Below, piece after piece: positions 1-9,689 of a DNA stretch of 58,240 nt. Numbering within the stretch: position 1 is the first letter of the stretch; each line of letters begins with the position of its first letter. The position numbers and the translations under genes were made by a program. The DNA is from a virus. Taxonomy: Duplodnaviria; Caudoviricetes. The notes beneath the pieces are model-generated. The model saw only the letters and a program-made list of their open reading frames with translations, searched no databases and was not told the origin of the DNA. The DNA lies in the IMG/VR virus record IMGVR_UViG_3300005326_000051, positions 1-58,240 of that record; one strand, 5' to 3'.

Positions 1-1780
1 CGCTGTAACACTGAATGGTAATAACGCATCAGCGCTCACCTTAAGGGTACTGCACGACGATAGCACATTTAACGGTCTCGGTATTACCTGTCCGGGCGCA
101 GCGTATGCGGCAGTTACCATAGCGAAGACACGAGCCACATTTAATGATCTTAGCATATCTTTAGGAAATGGAAGCACGTCATCATGGGGAATTGATGGAA
201 CCTGTGCGGCAGAATGTACTGCGGTTTTTAACAGATTGGTTATCAGTGGACAAAATGCTTGGGTTACTGCATCTGGAGCAAACACAAATTACTCTCCGAC
301 ATTTAATTATAGCAAATTCATTGGGGTTGGCTCTACCACATACAATCGTGCGGCAATCTTCAATAATTGCTTATGGGCTGGTAACAGTGTGGGGCCGGTA
401 ATGAAAACATCTGGTAATACCGGACAGGCAGTAACATTTAATAATCCAATATTAATAGCAAATTCTCTAACGAATGCGTCGCAGCATATACTTAATAACG
501 CCTACGATCAGACGTGGGTTATTAACAATGGGATATTACAAGGAAACCCTATTGCCAATGATAATTATAATTTTTCTGGCGTAACTATAAATAATTCAGT
601 CAGAGATAAAGACCCGTTATTTATTCAAGGGAAATACTCGGCTATATTTGCATTTATTATTGATGATGTTTCGACAAGCGGAACTCTGGATTGGGTGCAT
701 GATACGGTAGGGCCTGCTCTAGTGGCTCATGGAATGCGCGGGACATTTGCCGTTTATATGACTCCTGGAATGTCTCAGGATATGATAACAAAACTACTTG
801 CGTTAGAAGCAGCGAGTCACGAAATAGCAGTACATACAAGAAGCCACACAGCCGTAGGCACATTAGCATCACCTTATACTATTGCGAAAGCAGGATACAC
901 CTGCGAACTGGCAAGTGGTGTTTTAACCTGCACAAATGGCTCGCCGATTTCTTTTACGTTGGCTGATTATACAGTGTCGTCTTTGAAGACAGCACTAACA
1001 GCGGCGGGATATACGATGAATGGCGATGGAGGTGGTTGGTACACAGCTCCGGCAACCGTCCTGAAGGATATACCGGCAGGGACATCAATCAACTCTGCTT
1101 ATAGCATTTTGGTCGATGATACACTGGGACGCGCGTGGGTGATAGACGGTTGCTGGCAAGACTTGACCGATGCAGGGTTACATCCTACATCTTTTGTCTG
1201 TCCATATGATGATACATCTGCTGGCCTTCAGACATATTTATATAATTCCGGGAAATTTCTTGGCGCACGAGGTACGGTTAACTCGTCTGGGCTATTATCA
1301 TCAATCAATGCGTATGCAATGCGTGGCATATCGTACACATATTTTAGTGATTATAACGCCTGCACAACATCCGGCGAAACCACAGCAAACTGCATTAAGC
1401 GGAATGTTGCATCATTTATCCAGTATATGAGGATTACCGGAAGCGTCATATCGTTTTATGCTCACGGCGCAAACGAATGGGATGCTGACCAATGGAATGC
1501 AATGTTGGATGCCGTTCAGCAGTCGCAGATGCCTGTTATGACGTTGGGTCAAATAGGAACGTATGTAAAAACATATGATCCATCTGGGGACTTAGCTACC
1601 ACTGACAGTATGACATACACCAGAACGATGGTTGATAGTAGCGATTACCACCTTAAATCCGGTTCACCTGCAGTCAATGCTGGGGTGGATGTGGGACTAA
1701 CCAGAGACTATGCAGGTAAGTCTATCGTTGGGAAACCTGAAATTGGACTATACGAACGGGCGTCAAAGTCGTTTTTCTAG
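1..1780 (+). CDS. C-terminal part of an origin-spanning virion-associated protein (~709 aa with 57738-58087) containing a polysaccharide deacetylase (NodB/CE4)-like domain
   Basis: Frame is open from nt 2 to the stop at 1780 and is continuous with the ATG at 57738 across the circular join. CE4-like motifs FIIDD, GMRGTF, HEIAVHTRSH, FVCPY, FYAHG. C-terminal DYHLKSGSPAVNAG...PEIGLYE. Confidence 0.75.
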   Translation, partial: AVTLNGNNASALTLRVLHDDSTFNGLGITCPGAAYAAVTIAKTRATFNDLSISLGNGSTSSWGIDGTCAAECTAVFNRLVISGQNAWVTASGANTNYSPTFNYSKFIGVGSTTYNRAAIFNNCLWAGNSVGPVMKTSGNTGQAVTFNNPILIANSLTNASQHILNNAYDQTWVINNGILQGNPIANDNYNFSGVTINNSVRDKDPLFIQGKYSAIFAFIIDDVSTSGTLDWVHDTVGPALVAHGMRGTFAVYMTPGMSQDMITKLLALEAASHEIAVHTRSHTAVGTLASPYTIAKAGYTCELASGVLTCTNGSPISFTLADYTVSSLKTALTAAGYTMNGDGGGWYTAPATVLKDIPAGTSINSAYSILVDDTLGRAWVIDGCWQDLTDAGLHPTSFVCPYDDTSAGLQTYLYNSGKFLGARGTVNSSGLLSSINAYAMRGISYTYFSDYNACTTSGETTANCIKRNVASFIQYMRITGSVISFYAHGANEWDADQWNAMLDAVQQSQMPVMTLGQIGTYVKTYDPSGDLATTDSMTYTRTMVDSSDYHLKSGSPAVNAGVDVGLTRDYAGKSIVGKPEIGLYERASKSFF

Positions 1781-1826
1781 CAAGTACGTAGCTGTCTGAT
1801 TTACCTGGAAAATGGAGGAATAAAAC

Positions 1827-3239
1827 TTGGAAATACCTTTTGTAGGTGGAGCATATCTTAACAGGTCAAGTAATATTAATGCACAAGAATGTACTAACTT
1901 ATTTGTGTCTGTTGATAACAAAGATGCTAAAGCAGCACTATCTCTTCTAGGAACACCTGGCTGCAAGTCATTTAGTCAACTTGGTACTGTTGGTAGTGTT
2001 AGGCGCTTGTTCGCAGTACTAACTAAATTGTACGTAGTTGTAGATAACTCTATTTATACAGTAAATACTAATGGAGAGTGCGTACTCTTAGGTACAATTA
2101 CAACTTCTGCTGGAAATGTGTTCATGGAAAGTAATGGAGTAGAGGTTCTCATTGTAGATGGTACAGAGTATGGATACTTTATTGACGCGACTGATACAGT
2201 TACTGCAGTGACTTTACCGTGCAAAGCTGGATGCTTAACATTCCAGGATGGATACTTTATAGTTACAGAAGTGGGTACTGGAAATTTCTTTATATCTGGA
2301 CTGTATGATGCTTCATCCTGGGATTCTCTTGATTTTGGCTCTACTGAAGCTTCTCCTGATAGTGCAAGTGCTATAATATCAAATACGCATGACTTGTGGA
2401 TTATTGGAAAGCAGACTTCAGAGGTCTTCTACAACTCTGGTGACGCAGATTTTCCATTTACAAGAATTTCCGGAGCTGTTCTTGAGGTTGGTACTAATGC
2501 TCCTGCCTCTGTTGTAAAGATTGATAACTTAATTTACTGGCTTTCTGATAAAGGTCAGATTGTGCGAAGTGAAGGATACCAGTATGCTATTATTTCTACT
2601 CCGCATATTGAGTATATGTTATCAAAGTTTACCACACTTTCAGATGCAAAAGCATATCTTGCAGTTATAGAGGGACTTCACTGGTATGTTATAACTTTTC
2701 CTACAGATGCAAGAACTCTTATCTATAATGTAAACACTGGTTTTTGGAGTGAACTAAAGAGTTATAGTAATAAAGATGATGCGATTCCTTGGAGTAAACA
2801 TAGAAGTAATTGCGGAGTATACTTTAATACAAAAACTGTTGTCGGGGATTACGAGAATGGTAAACTGTATACTCTTGATATGGATACTTATGCTGATGAT
2901 GATTACGAGATTCAACGAAGAAGAACATCACAGACTATCAGTAAAGAAAGGGTTCTACTTCTTTTCCACAACCTTGAGGTTGAGTTTGAAGCTGGTGTAG
3001 GTTTAGACGAAGGTCTGCAGGGTGAAAATCCACAAGTATGTCTTGATTGGTCAGATGATGGTGGGCATACTTGGAGTAATGAACACTGGAGAAGTATAGG
3101 AAGAATTGGCAAGTATAAGTATAGAACAGTGTGGAAGAGACTTGGTAAATCTAGAAATAGAATTTTTCGTTTAACTATGACTGATAAAGTTAAAGTTGTC
3201 ATTCTTGGAGCAACAGCTAATATTGAGGAGTGCAAATAG
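1827..3239 (+). CDS. packaged-DNA stabilization / tail hub protein (P22 gp10-like)
   Basis: 470 aa, beta-rich. Motifs FQDGYF, EASPD, WSDDGGHTWSNEHW...GKYKYRTVWKRLG..RNRIFRL. Lies in the tail module. Confidence 0.85.
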   Translation: MEIPFVGGAYLNRSSNINAQECTNLFVSVDNKDAKAALSLLGTPGCKSFSQLGTVGSVRRLFAVLTKLYVVVDNSIYTVNTNGECVLLGTITTSAGNVFMESNGVEVLIVDGTEYGYFIDATDTVTAVTLPCKAGCLTFQDGYFIVTEVGTGNFFISGLYDASSWDSLDFGSTEASPDSASAIISNTHDLWIIGKQTSEVFYNSGDADFPFTRISGAVLEVGTNAPASVVKIDNLIYWLSDKGQIVRSEGYQYAIISTPHIEYMLSKFTTLSDAKAYLAVIEGLHWYVITFPTDARTLIYNVNTGFWSELKSYSNKDDAIPWSKHRSNCGVYFNTKTVVGDYENGKLYTLDMDTYADDDYEIQRRRTSQTISKERVLLLFHNLEVEFEAGVGLDEGLQGENPQVCLDWSDDGGHTWSNEHWRSIGRIGKYKYRTVWKRLGKSRNRIFRLTMTDKVKVVILGATANIEECK

Positions 3240-4138
3240 TAGTGAGTAATAATATCTCTCCGCCACCAATTAAAGAACAGATGTTTCATACTACTGGAAT
3301 ACTATCAAGAGTATGGATTATGTTCTTTCAGGAAGTGCAAACTAAGCTTAAAAAAGCACTCGATAATGGGCCTGAAAATGCAGAGTTAATGGCGTCAGTT
3401 ATGGATTCGCCTAAAGATGTGTCTAGACTTTTAGCGGAGGTTGATGCACTAATAAGATTCGCAGAAGGTAAAGTTGATTACTCAAAACAGCTTAGTGACC
3501 TTGAGAGACTAGTTGCAGTTATTGAAAAATCTAAGGTTATTCCAAGTGAATTTAATGAGTTAAGTATTCGTACATCCTTTGATACTCCTCAGACAATAGC
3601 TAAAGTTAGTCTGTGGGATGATGTGCGAATTATTCCAGGAGCACTTGTATTTGCTGGTTCAAGCGATCCAACGTTACAGGATTGGCGTCCTGGTGGTGCT
3701 GGCGCTACGTTTAAAGTATGGAAGTTTGATAGTGGAGATGAGGCATTTTTTACTTGTCAACTTCCTCATGGATACAAAGAAGGAAGTGATATATATCCTC
3801 ATGTGCATTGGACTCCAGGTGGTAGAGGTACAACAGAAGGAACTGCAACTGTAGGATGGAAAATTGATTATTCTTGGGCAAGTGTAGATGGGGTCTTTGC
3901 TGCTAGTAGTACAGTGGATTGTACTGATGCGTGCAAGTCAGCTAATGACCAGCACCTTATTTCACCAGAAACCGCAATTTCTGGGGCAGGTAAAACAATG
4001 TCGTCAATGTTAGTATGCAGAGTTTATAGGGATGGTGGTACGTGGGCAGGTACTTTAGCAAATGCGCCAGCGCTACTTGAAGTAGATATTCATTACCAAC
4101 TTGATGGGTTGGGAAGCAGAACAACTGATTTAAAATAA
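3230..4138 (+). CDS. putative virion/tail protein
   Basis: Follows the gp10-like gene. N-terminal SRVWIMFFQ helix, coiled coil, then a beta-rich C-terminal domain. Confidence 0.5.
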   Translation: MQIVVSNNISPPPIKEQMFHTTGILSRVWIMFFQEVQTKLKKALDNGPENAELMASVMDSPKDVSRLLAEVDALIRFAEGKVDYSKQLSDLERLVAVIEKSKVIPSEFNELSIRTSFDTPQTIAKVSLWDDVRIIPGALVFAGSSDPTLQDWRPGGAGATFKVWKFDSGDEAFFTCQLPHGYKEGSDIYPHVHWTPGGRGTTEGTATVGWKIDYSWASVDGVFAASSTVDCTDACKSANDQHLISPETAISGAGKTMSSMLVCRVYRDGGTWAGTLANAPALLEVDIHYQLDGLGSRTTDLK

Positions 4139-4147
4139 GGAGATATT

Positions 4148-4483
4148 ATGTTATCATATAAAGCACTTGTTGATGGGGTAAATCTTACAAATGCAGCAGC
4201 AACGTATTATACTGCTCCAACAGGAACAAAAGCTTTGGTTAAGAAAGCTACATTTACTAACGATCATACGTCGGTAGTAACAGTTACTATTAATCTTGTT
4301 CCAACTGGCGGTACTGCAGCGTATGCAAATCAAGTAACTAAGGCAAAAGCTTTAGCAGCTGGAGAAACATGGTCATGTCCAGATATTGAGAATCATGTTC
4401 TAGAGGCTGGTGGATTTATTTCTATGCTTGCATCTGTTGATGCTAAAATTGGTGTAAGAATATCTGGACTTGAGTCTGTATAA
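4148..4483 (+). CDS. small virion structural protein (hypothetical)
   Basis: RBS AGGAG. 111 aa, beta-rich, in the tail module. Confidence 0.5.
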   Translation: MLSYKALVDGVNLTNAAATYYTAPTGTKALVKKATFTNDHTSVVTVTINLVPTGGTAAYANQVTKAKALAAGETWSCPDIENHVLEAGGFISMLASVDAKIGVRISGLESV

Positions 4484-4495
4484 AGGAGATTAAAT

Positions 4496-6829
4496 ATGAA
4501 AGTATTTATAAAAGCTATTACAGTTTTACTTGTTTTGTTACTAACTTGTAGTTTTGCTAATGCTGCAGCTTTATTTAACTACCCTAAGTTTAAAGCTGTT
4601 ACTTCTACTGGAGCTGCTTTAACTGGTGGTCTTGTGTATACGTATAATTCTGGTTCTACTACACCTAAAGCGACATATAGTGATAGAGCAATGACTACTC
4701 CAAATACTAATCCTGTTGTGCTAGACTCAAGAGGCGAAGCAACAATCTACTTTAATGGTACTTATAAAGTTGTACTTAAAAGTTCGACAGGTGTTACTCA
4801 GTGGACAATGGACAAAGTTGCTGGAATAACTCCTACTGGTGAGTCGTACGAAGTGCAAGCAATAGATTACGGAAGCAGTACTTGTACTGGTGCAACTATA
4901 TCAGCAGCTTTAACTGCAATAGGAGTTTCTACAAAAACTACTTTAATTCTTACTTCTTGTACATGGGTGATAAGTGCTAATACTGATTGGTCTACTTACA
5001 CAAATGTAGCACTCAAGTTTGCTCCAGGTGCAGTTATTTCTAATGGAGCGTATACAGTTAAATGGGGTGGATCAGTTGAAGCTTTACCTGACCAACAAAT
5101 AGCTGACGGTACTGGATCATGGACACTTAATCCAGCAAAAGTTACTACAGCTTATATCAACTGGTTTGGAGCTAATACTACTCCTGGAACAACAGATATG
5201 ACAGCAGCTATTAAATCTGCGCTTTTATCTCTACGTGATGTAACTTTCTTGCGACAAAATTATCTTGTTACAGATACTCTTTTAATTGTTCCTTATCAGC
5301 ATGTGCGTGGCCAGAATAAAACAATGGTTCCTTCGTGGCGTACAGTTAGTCTTGACGAAACTGCAATAACTTTTGCTCCGACGAGTGAAAAGGACTTGTT
5401 TGACATAGTAAATACAGGTGGTGGAAGTCCTACTGTTCCAGGGTATAAGTATAACATACATATTAGTGGAATACGAGTAGTTGGAAATACTACAGGTGCT
5501 GTAACTAATTCTCGGTATGGTATTTATTGTGCTGCAGCTGAAAGTACATTTGAAAATCTTAGTTTTATGTACTTTCAAGTAGGTATATATACTCGATACA
5601 CACTTACTAATCATTACTCTAATATCAACTTAGCAGAAATGAGTACTGCATGTATAGAGACTGATGCTGATACTACTTACTACAGTACGACAGATATATT
5701 TACTAACGTGGTATGTCAGTTATCACCTTGGGGTGCTATTCTACGTAAAGGGTATGACTTTAAATTCCAAAATTGTTTATGGGAACACCTGACTACAGGT
5801 GGTGTAAATATCTACAAAGATTTTATTGGAGCAGAATTTACTGATGGGTACGCTGAAGAAGTTCCAAGTACAGTAGCTGGAGATAGCTATGCTATGTTCT
5901 ATATTAACAAAGATGGAACTACTGCTTCAAACAGAGGAACAATTAAAATCTCTGGTGGTTACTACATGGGCGGAGCAACTAACTGGGGAAGTTTTGTAGA
6001 TGTTGGTGTAGCAAATGGTGGGCAGAATGTGGTAGTTACAGGTGCAAACTATTCTCGATATAAGTACAGAATTAAAAGAGATTCAACATTAACTCTTTTT
6101 ATGGGAGTGGTGGAAAGAGATACAGGTTGGGCTAATGTTACTAATGCTGCTGATACTAATGTTGGAACAGTAATGCTTAATAACGGTACGTATACAGATA
6201 ATTACCCACTAATGTATCCATTACTAACTCTTCAAATTTTCGGTAACACTATAAATGAAATGGGGATACTTAGTGTTATTCAAAATGCGGATACAATACG
6301 GCCTAAGTTGATAACAACTAGCTCTACACCACTGATCGAGATAGGTGCAACAGCAGGGAAATTAGGAATATCTATTAGTGCAACCTCTGATCTTATTGGT
6401 GGAAGAGGATTTTTTACAGGTTCTGCTACTGGCTGGACACTCGGTGCTGGCTGGGCTTATGGAACTAATAACATTGTAAAAACAGCTGGAACAGGTACTG
6501 CTGGTGATACTACTTGGGCAGCTACAGTTGGGTATATCTATGAACTGACATTTACTGTATCCGGCTGGTCGACTGGTGCAAACAGAACCTTAACTCCAAG
6601 TGTTGGTGGAGTTAATGGAACTGCTATTTCAGCTGATGGTACTTATGTACAATATATTACAGCAACAACTACAGGTGGCTTACTGTTTACTCCTACTGGA
6701 ACTGACGCAACCAATGTTGGACTTACTCTTGATGGAGTCTATATTAAGAGAAGTCTACAAGGTATTACATATACAAACAGAACAGGTGAGACTATTACAC
6801 TTATGAGAAGTTTAATAAGATCTAATTAG
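4496..6829 (+). CDS. tail fibre/tailspike with beta-helix (pectate-lyase-like) region and N-terminal signal-peptide-like segment
   Basis: Head-binding-type motif GGLVYTY..G.TTPKATYSD...NTNPVVLDSRGEA. WFGA...TDMTAAI tailspike motif followed by beta-helix-like repeats. Confidence 0.8.
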   Translation: MKVFIKAITVLLVLLLTCSFANAAALFNYPKFKAVTSTGAALTGGLVYTYNSGSTTPKATYSDRAMTTPNTNPVVLDSRGEATIYFNGTYKVVLKSSTGVTQWTMDKVAGITPTGESYEVQAIDYGSSTCTGATISAALTAIGVSTKTTLILTSCTWVISANTDWSTYTNVALKFAPGAVISNGAYTVKWGGSVEALPDQQIADGTGSWTLNPAKVTTAYINWFGANTTPGTTDMTAAIKSALLSLRDVTFLRQNYLVTDTLLIVPYQHVRGQNKTMVPSWRTVSLDETAITFAPTSEKDLFDIVNTGGGSPTVPGYKYNIHISGIRVVGNTTGAVTNSRYGIYCAAAESTFENLSFMYFQVGIYTRYTLTNHYSNINLAEMSTACIETDADTTYYSTTDIFTNVVCQLSPWGAILRKGYDFKFQNCLWEHLTTGGVNIYKDFIGAEFTDGYAEEVPSTVAGDSYAMFYINKDGTTASNRGTIKISGGYYMGGATNWGSFVDVGVANGGQNVVVTGANYSRYKYRIKRDSTLTLFMGVVERDTGWANVTNAADTNVGTVMLNNGTYTDNYPLMYPLLTLQIFGNTINEMGILSVIQNADTIRPKLITTSSTPLIEIGATAGKLGISISATSDLIGGRGFFTGSATGWTLGAGWAYGTNNIVKTAGTGTAGDTTWAATVGYIYELTFTVSGWSTGANRTLTPSVGGVNGTAISADGTYVQYITATTTGGLLFTPTGTDATNVGLTLDGVYIKRSLQGITYTNRTGETITLMRSLIRSN

Positions 6830-6843
6830 GAGTTACAGAACTA

Positions 6844-7434
6844 ATGATAGATGTGCATTGCTTAGTATATAAAATTGAAGATAAGTTTTTCCCGCAAATT
6901 CTTTCACAGATTGAAAGGGAAGCTGATGTAAACTTCTTTATTGTTCGCAATGGAGATAATATAGGAGAAGGCAGAATAAAAGGATTTTTAACTGGTAGTA
7001 ATCCATACGTAAGTTTTGTTGACTATGACGACTTAATTGAGCCTGGTATATTTACGAAGATAAATAGTGTAATGGAAACAGGAGTACCTTGGTGCTATAC
7101 TGATGAAGTGCTGATTGATGAGGAAGGTAAAGTGTTGCAGCCTGGGTGGAGTAGTAATCCAGAACTTTACAGAGAAAGTGTTCTTACGTATGTAAGACTT
7201 AAGAAGGGAGTATACCCGCATCATATACTGACATTTCGTAGAGAACTACTTACTCCCAGAATAGTTTACATCATGCGTCAGTTGAAAGAGTTACCAGAAG
7301 AGTACTTGAAGATGGAGCTGATTCAGTACGATTTCAAGCATATACATGAAGTCGGTTATTATTGGAGACAGCATAAAGACAATGGAATGAAGCAGTATAA
7401 ATGCTACAAAGATGGAGAAAGGCTAGGACTATGA
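6844..7434 (+). CDS. glycosyltransferase family 2-like protein
   Basis: YVSFVDYDD (DxD), WCYTDE, C-terminal GYYWRQH. Confidence 0.7.
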   Translation: MIDVHCLVYKIEDKFFPQILSQIEREADVNFFIVRNGDNIGEGRIKGFLTGSNPYVSFVDYDDLIEPGIFTKINSVMETGVPWCYTDEVLIDEEGKVLQPGWSSNPELYRESVLTYVRLKKGVYPHHILTFRRELLTPRIVYIMRQLKELPEEYLKMELIQYDFKHIHEVGYYWRQHKDNGMKQYKCYKDGERLGL

Positions 7435-7871
7435 TTAGAGAATGGAAAGGTGAAGAGATCTATACAGATCGTTTAGCGTTATTTATGGAGCGTTTTGATC
7501 AGGCTACTGAATTTGTTAAAACTAAGGCAGAGTATGCTAAGAATGCGTACATTCCGCTGCTTGAAAAAGGTGTTGCGCATATTCTTGTTGCGGAAGAGGA
7601 TGGTGTACTTCAGGGAGCAATTGCTTTTATTGTCAGTTCTGATTTATCATCTCCGGGATTGTACGCTGTAGAAACTTTCTGGTTTGTTGCACCTGAGTAT
7701 GCTGGAGTTGGTAAGCAGTTATTTAAAGCTTTTGAAGCAAAAGCTAAAGAATTAGGATGTACTAAAACTTCTATGACGCATCTTACTGACTCATATCCTG
7801 ATTCATTGAAGTTGTTCTACGAGAAGAATGGGTATAAACTTACGGAATTGCACTATATAAAGGAGTTATAA
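7431..7871 (+). CDS. GNAT-family acetyltransferase
   Basis: ETFWFVAPEYAGVGKQL and FYEKNGY motifs. Probable start is the ATG at 7431. Confidence 0.8.
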   Translation: MIREWKGEEIYTDRLALFMERFDQATEFVKTKAEYAKNAYIPLLEKGVAHILVAEEDGVLQGAIAFIVSSDLSSPGLYAVETFWFVAPEYAGVGKQLFKAFEAKAKELGCTKTSMTHLTDSYPDSLKLFYEKNGYKLTELHYIKEL

Positions 7872-7873
7872 CT

Positions 7874-8587
7874 ATGGCTATTCTTGGAAGTATTCTAAGT
7901 GCTGTAATGGGAAGTCAATCATCGGATAAAGCTTCTGAAGCACAGGCTAATTCTGCTGCCGCTAGCCTTGGACTACAGAAAGAAATGTGGCAGCAAAGCA
8001 GAGAAGATACAGCGCCATGGAGAGAAGAAGGAGCGAATGCGCTTAGTAAACTTGCAGATTTAGTCTACTCTGGCCCAGGAGATTATACTAAAAGTCCTGG
8101 ATACGATTTTCGACTTTCTGAAGGCAATAAAGCTATTGAGCGTTCTGCTGCAGCAAGAGGTAATGTTCTTGGTGGTAAGACTTTAAAGGCTTTAACTAAG
8201 TACGGGCAGGAATACGCGACTAATGACTACGATAATTTTCTTCGTAGGTACTATGAGAGTATGACTCCGTTGCAATCTCTTGCTGGTCTTGGCCAATCTA
8301 CTGCTGCGCAGACAGCAGCTCTTGGTGGAAATGCTGCAAATGGTATGGCTAATGCTATAACGCAGATGGGCAATGCGCAAGCTGCTGGAACTATTAATTC
8401 TGCTAATGCAGTTACAGGGGCACTGAATTCTGGTATAAATAATGCTATTGCAGGATATAGTGCTTGGAAGAATTACTCAACACCGGCGAATACTGCAAAC
8501 TACAGCGGATATGATGGGTATATACCATCTGTTAGTGATGATATTGACTACAGTGGCGGCGGCTACAGTATGTATGGAATGCAGTAA
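7874..8587 (+). CDS. DNA ejection / pilot protein (P22 gp7-like)
   Basis: Gly/Ala/Gln-rich. SPGYDFRLSEG..AIERSAAARG motif typical of podovirus DNA transfer proteins. Confidence 0.75.
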   Translation: MAILGSILSAVMGSQSSDKASEAQANSAAASLGLQKEMWQQSREDTAPWREEGANALSKLADLVYSGPGDYTKSPGYDFRLSEGNKAIERSAAARGNVLGGKTLKALTKYGQEYATNDYDNFLRRYYESMTPLQSLAGLGQSTAAQTAALGGNAANGMANAITQMGNAQAAGTINSANAVTGALNSGINNAIAGYSAWKNYSTPANTANYSGYDGYIPSVSDDIDYSGGGYSMYGMQ

Positions 8588-8600
8588 GGAGAATTGAATT

Positions 8601-9689
8601 ATGCCATTACCTCAGTTAAACACAAATGGACTAGATTACTCGGATGCAATATACAAGGCTATTGAAAGTGATAGATTGAATCGGCAGGAATCTCGTCTTC
8701 AGGCTGATGAAGATAGAAGGAATAGACTTACTGATAAACAGATGCAGATATATGATGAGGAGTTGAATCCTGAAAGTACGCAGAATCAACTCCGTAAATA
8801 TCAGATGCAGAAGTATAAAGCATCAGCCGAAGAAGATACTGCGAAAGCTAAAACTACGCTTATAGGAATGTATGCAAAGTCTTTGCCTACTGTGCAAGCA
8901 GGTAATTACGAAGACATGCAGAAGTTTCATAAATACTTTCTTTCACAAGGTATGGATGAAGGACTTATGCGTAATCCAGATAGTTTCTTTTCTGCTGCAC
9001 CAGACCTCAATGGTAAGACCTTTAAGCAGGCTGATTGGGATGCGTATAGAGCTGCCTGGCAGAATGCTATTGGAGCAGCAGTTAAACCAGCTGACTACCG
9101 TGCAGTTAAAGTTATGACAAAGGGTAAGTTGATTGAACTGGCTGTACCAAAAACGCAGGATGTTGATAGAGCATACCTTGCAAAAGTTACAGGTGACCCA
9201 TCAGCCACTGTCTACGAAAAGCCAAGTGACGCTGAAAGACGCAAAGTAGTAGCTACTGATAAAGGCTATATGTACGAAGATGAAGCAGTTAAAACTGGAG
9301 CTAAGCCTGCAGTAAAGGAAACAGTGCCACGTAAGCTTTCTGAAATGGATTTACTTAATATTGGAACTGCTATAAATAAAAAGCCGGAGGATATAGAAGG
9401 CATGGCAGAAGCTGCTGATACCTACAACAGTGCAGACTCTGGAAGCTTTTATATTCCTGTTGATGCTCCTATGGAAAGAAACTTTGGTTTGTTTACTACA
9501 AAAGCAGACCCAGAAAAACGATACAAGAAAATTGTGGTTCTTCCAAATCCAAGAAATCCTGAAGGTAAGCCTACAAGTTACGCAAAGTTTAAAGCATATT
9601 CGGAGAAGACTGGTAAACCACTTGAACAAGTTATTAAAGAATACAACGCTGAGATTCGCGCACTGCATGGTAAAGGAGCCAAAAGATAA
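8601..9689 (+). CDS. putative internal virion / ejection protein
   Basis: Lies between the pilot and the large ejection gene. Helical and charged. Confidence 0.55.
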   Translation: MPLPQLNTNGLDYSDAIYKAIESDRLNRQESRLQADEDRRNRLTDKQMQIYDEELNPESTQNQLRKYQMQKYKASAEEDTAKAKTTLIGMYAKSLPTVQAGNYEDMQKFHKYFLSQGMDEGLMRNPDSFFSAAPDLNGKTFKQADWDAYRAAWQNAIGAAVKPADYRAVKVMTKGKLIELAVPKTQDVDRAYLAKVTGDPSATVYEKPSDAERRKVVATDKGYMYEDEAVKTGAKPAVKETVPRKLSEMDLLNIGTAINKKPEDIEGMAEAADTYNSADSGSFYIPVDAPMERNFGLFTTKADPEKRYKKIVVLPNPRNPEGKPTSYAKFKAYSEKTGKPLEQVIKEYNAEIRALHGKGAKR

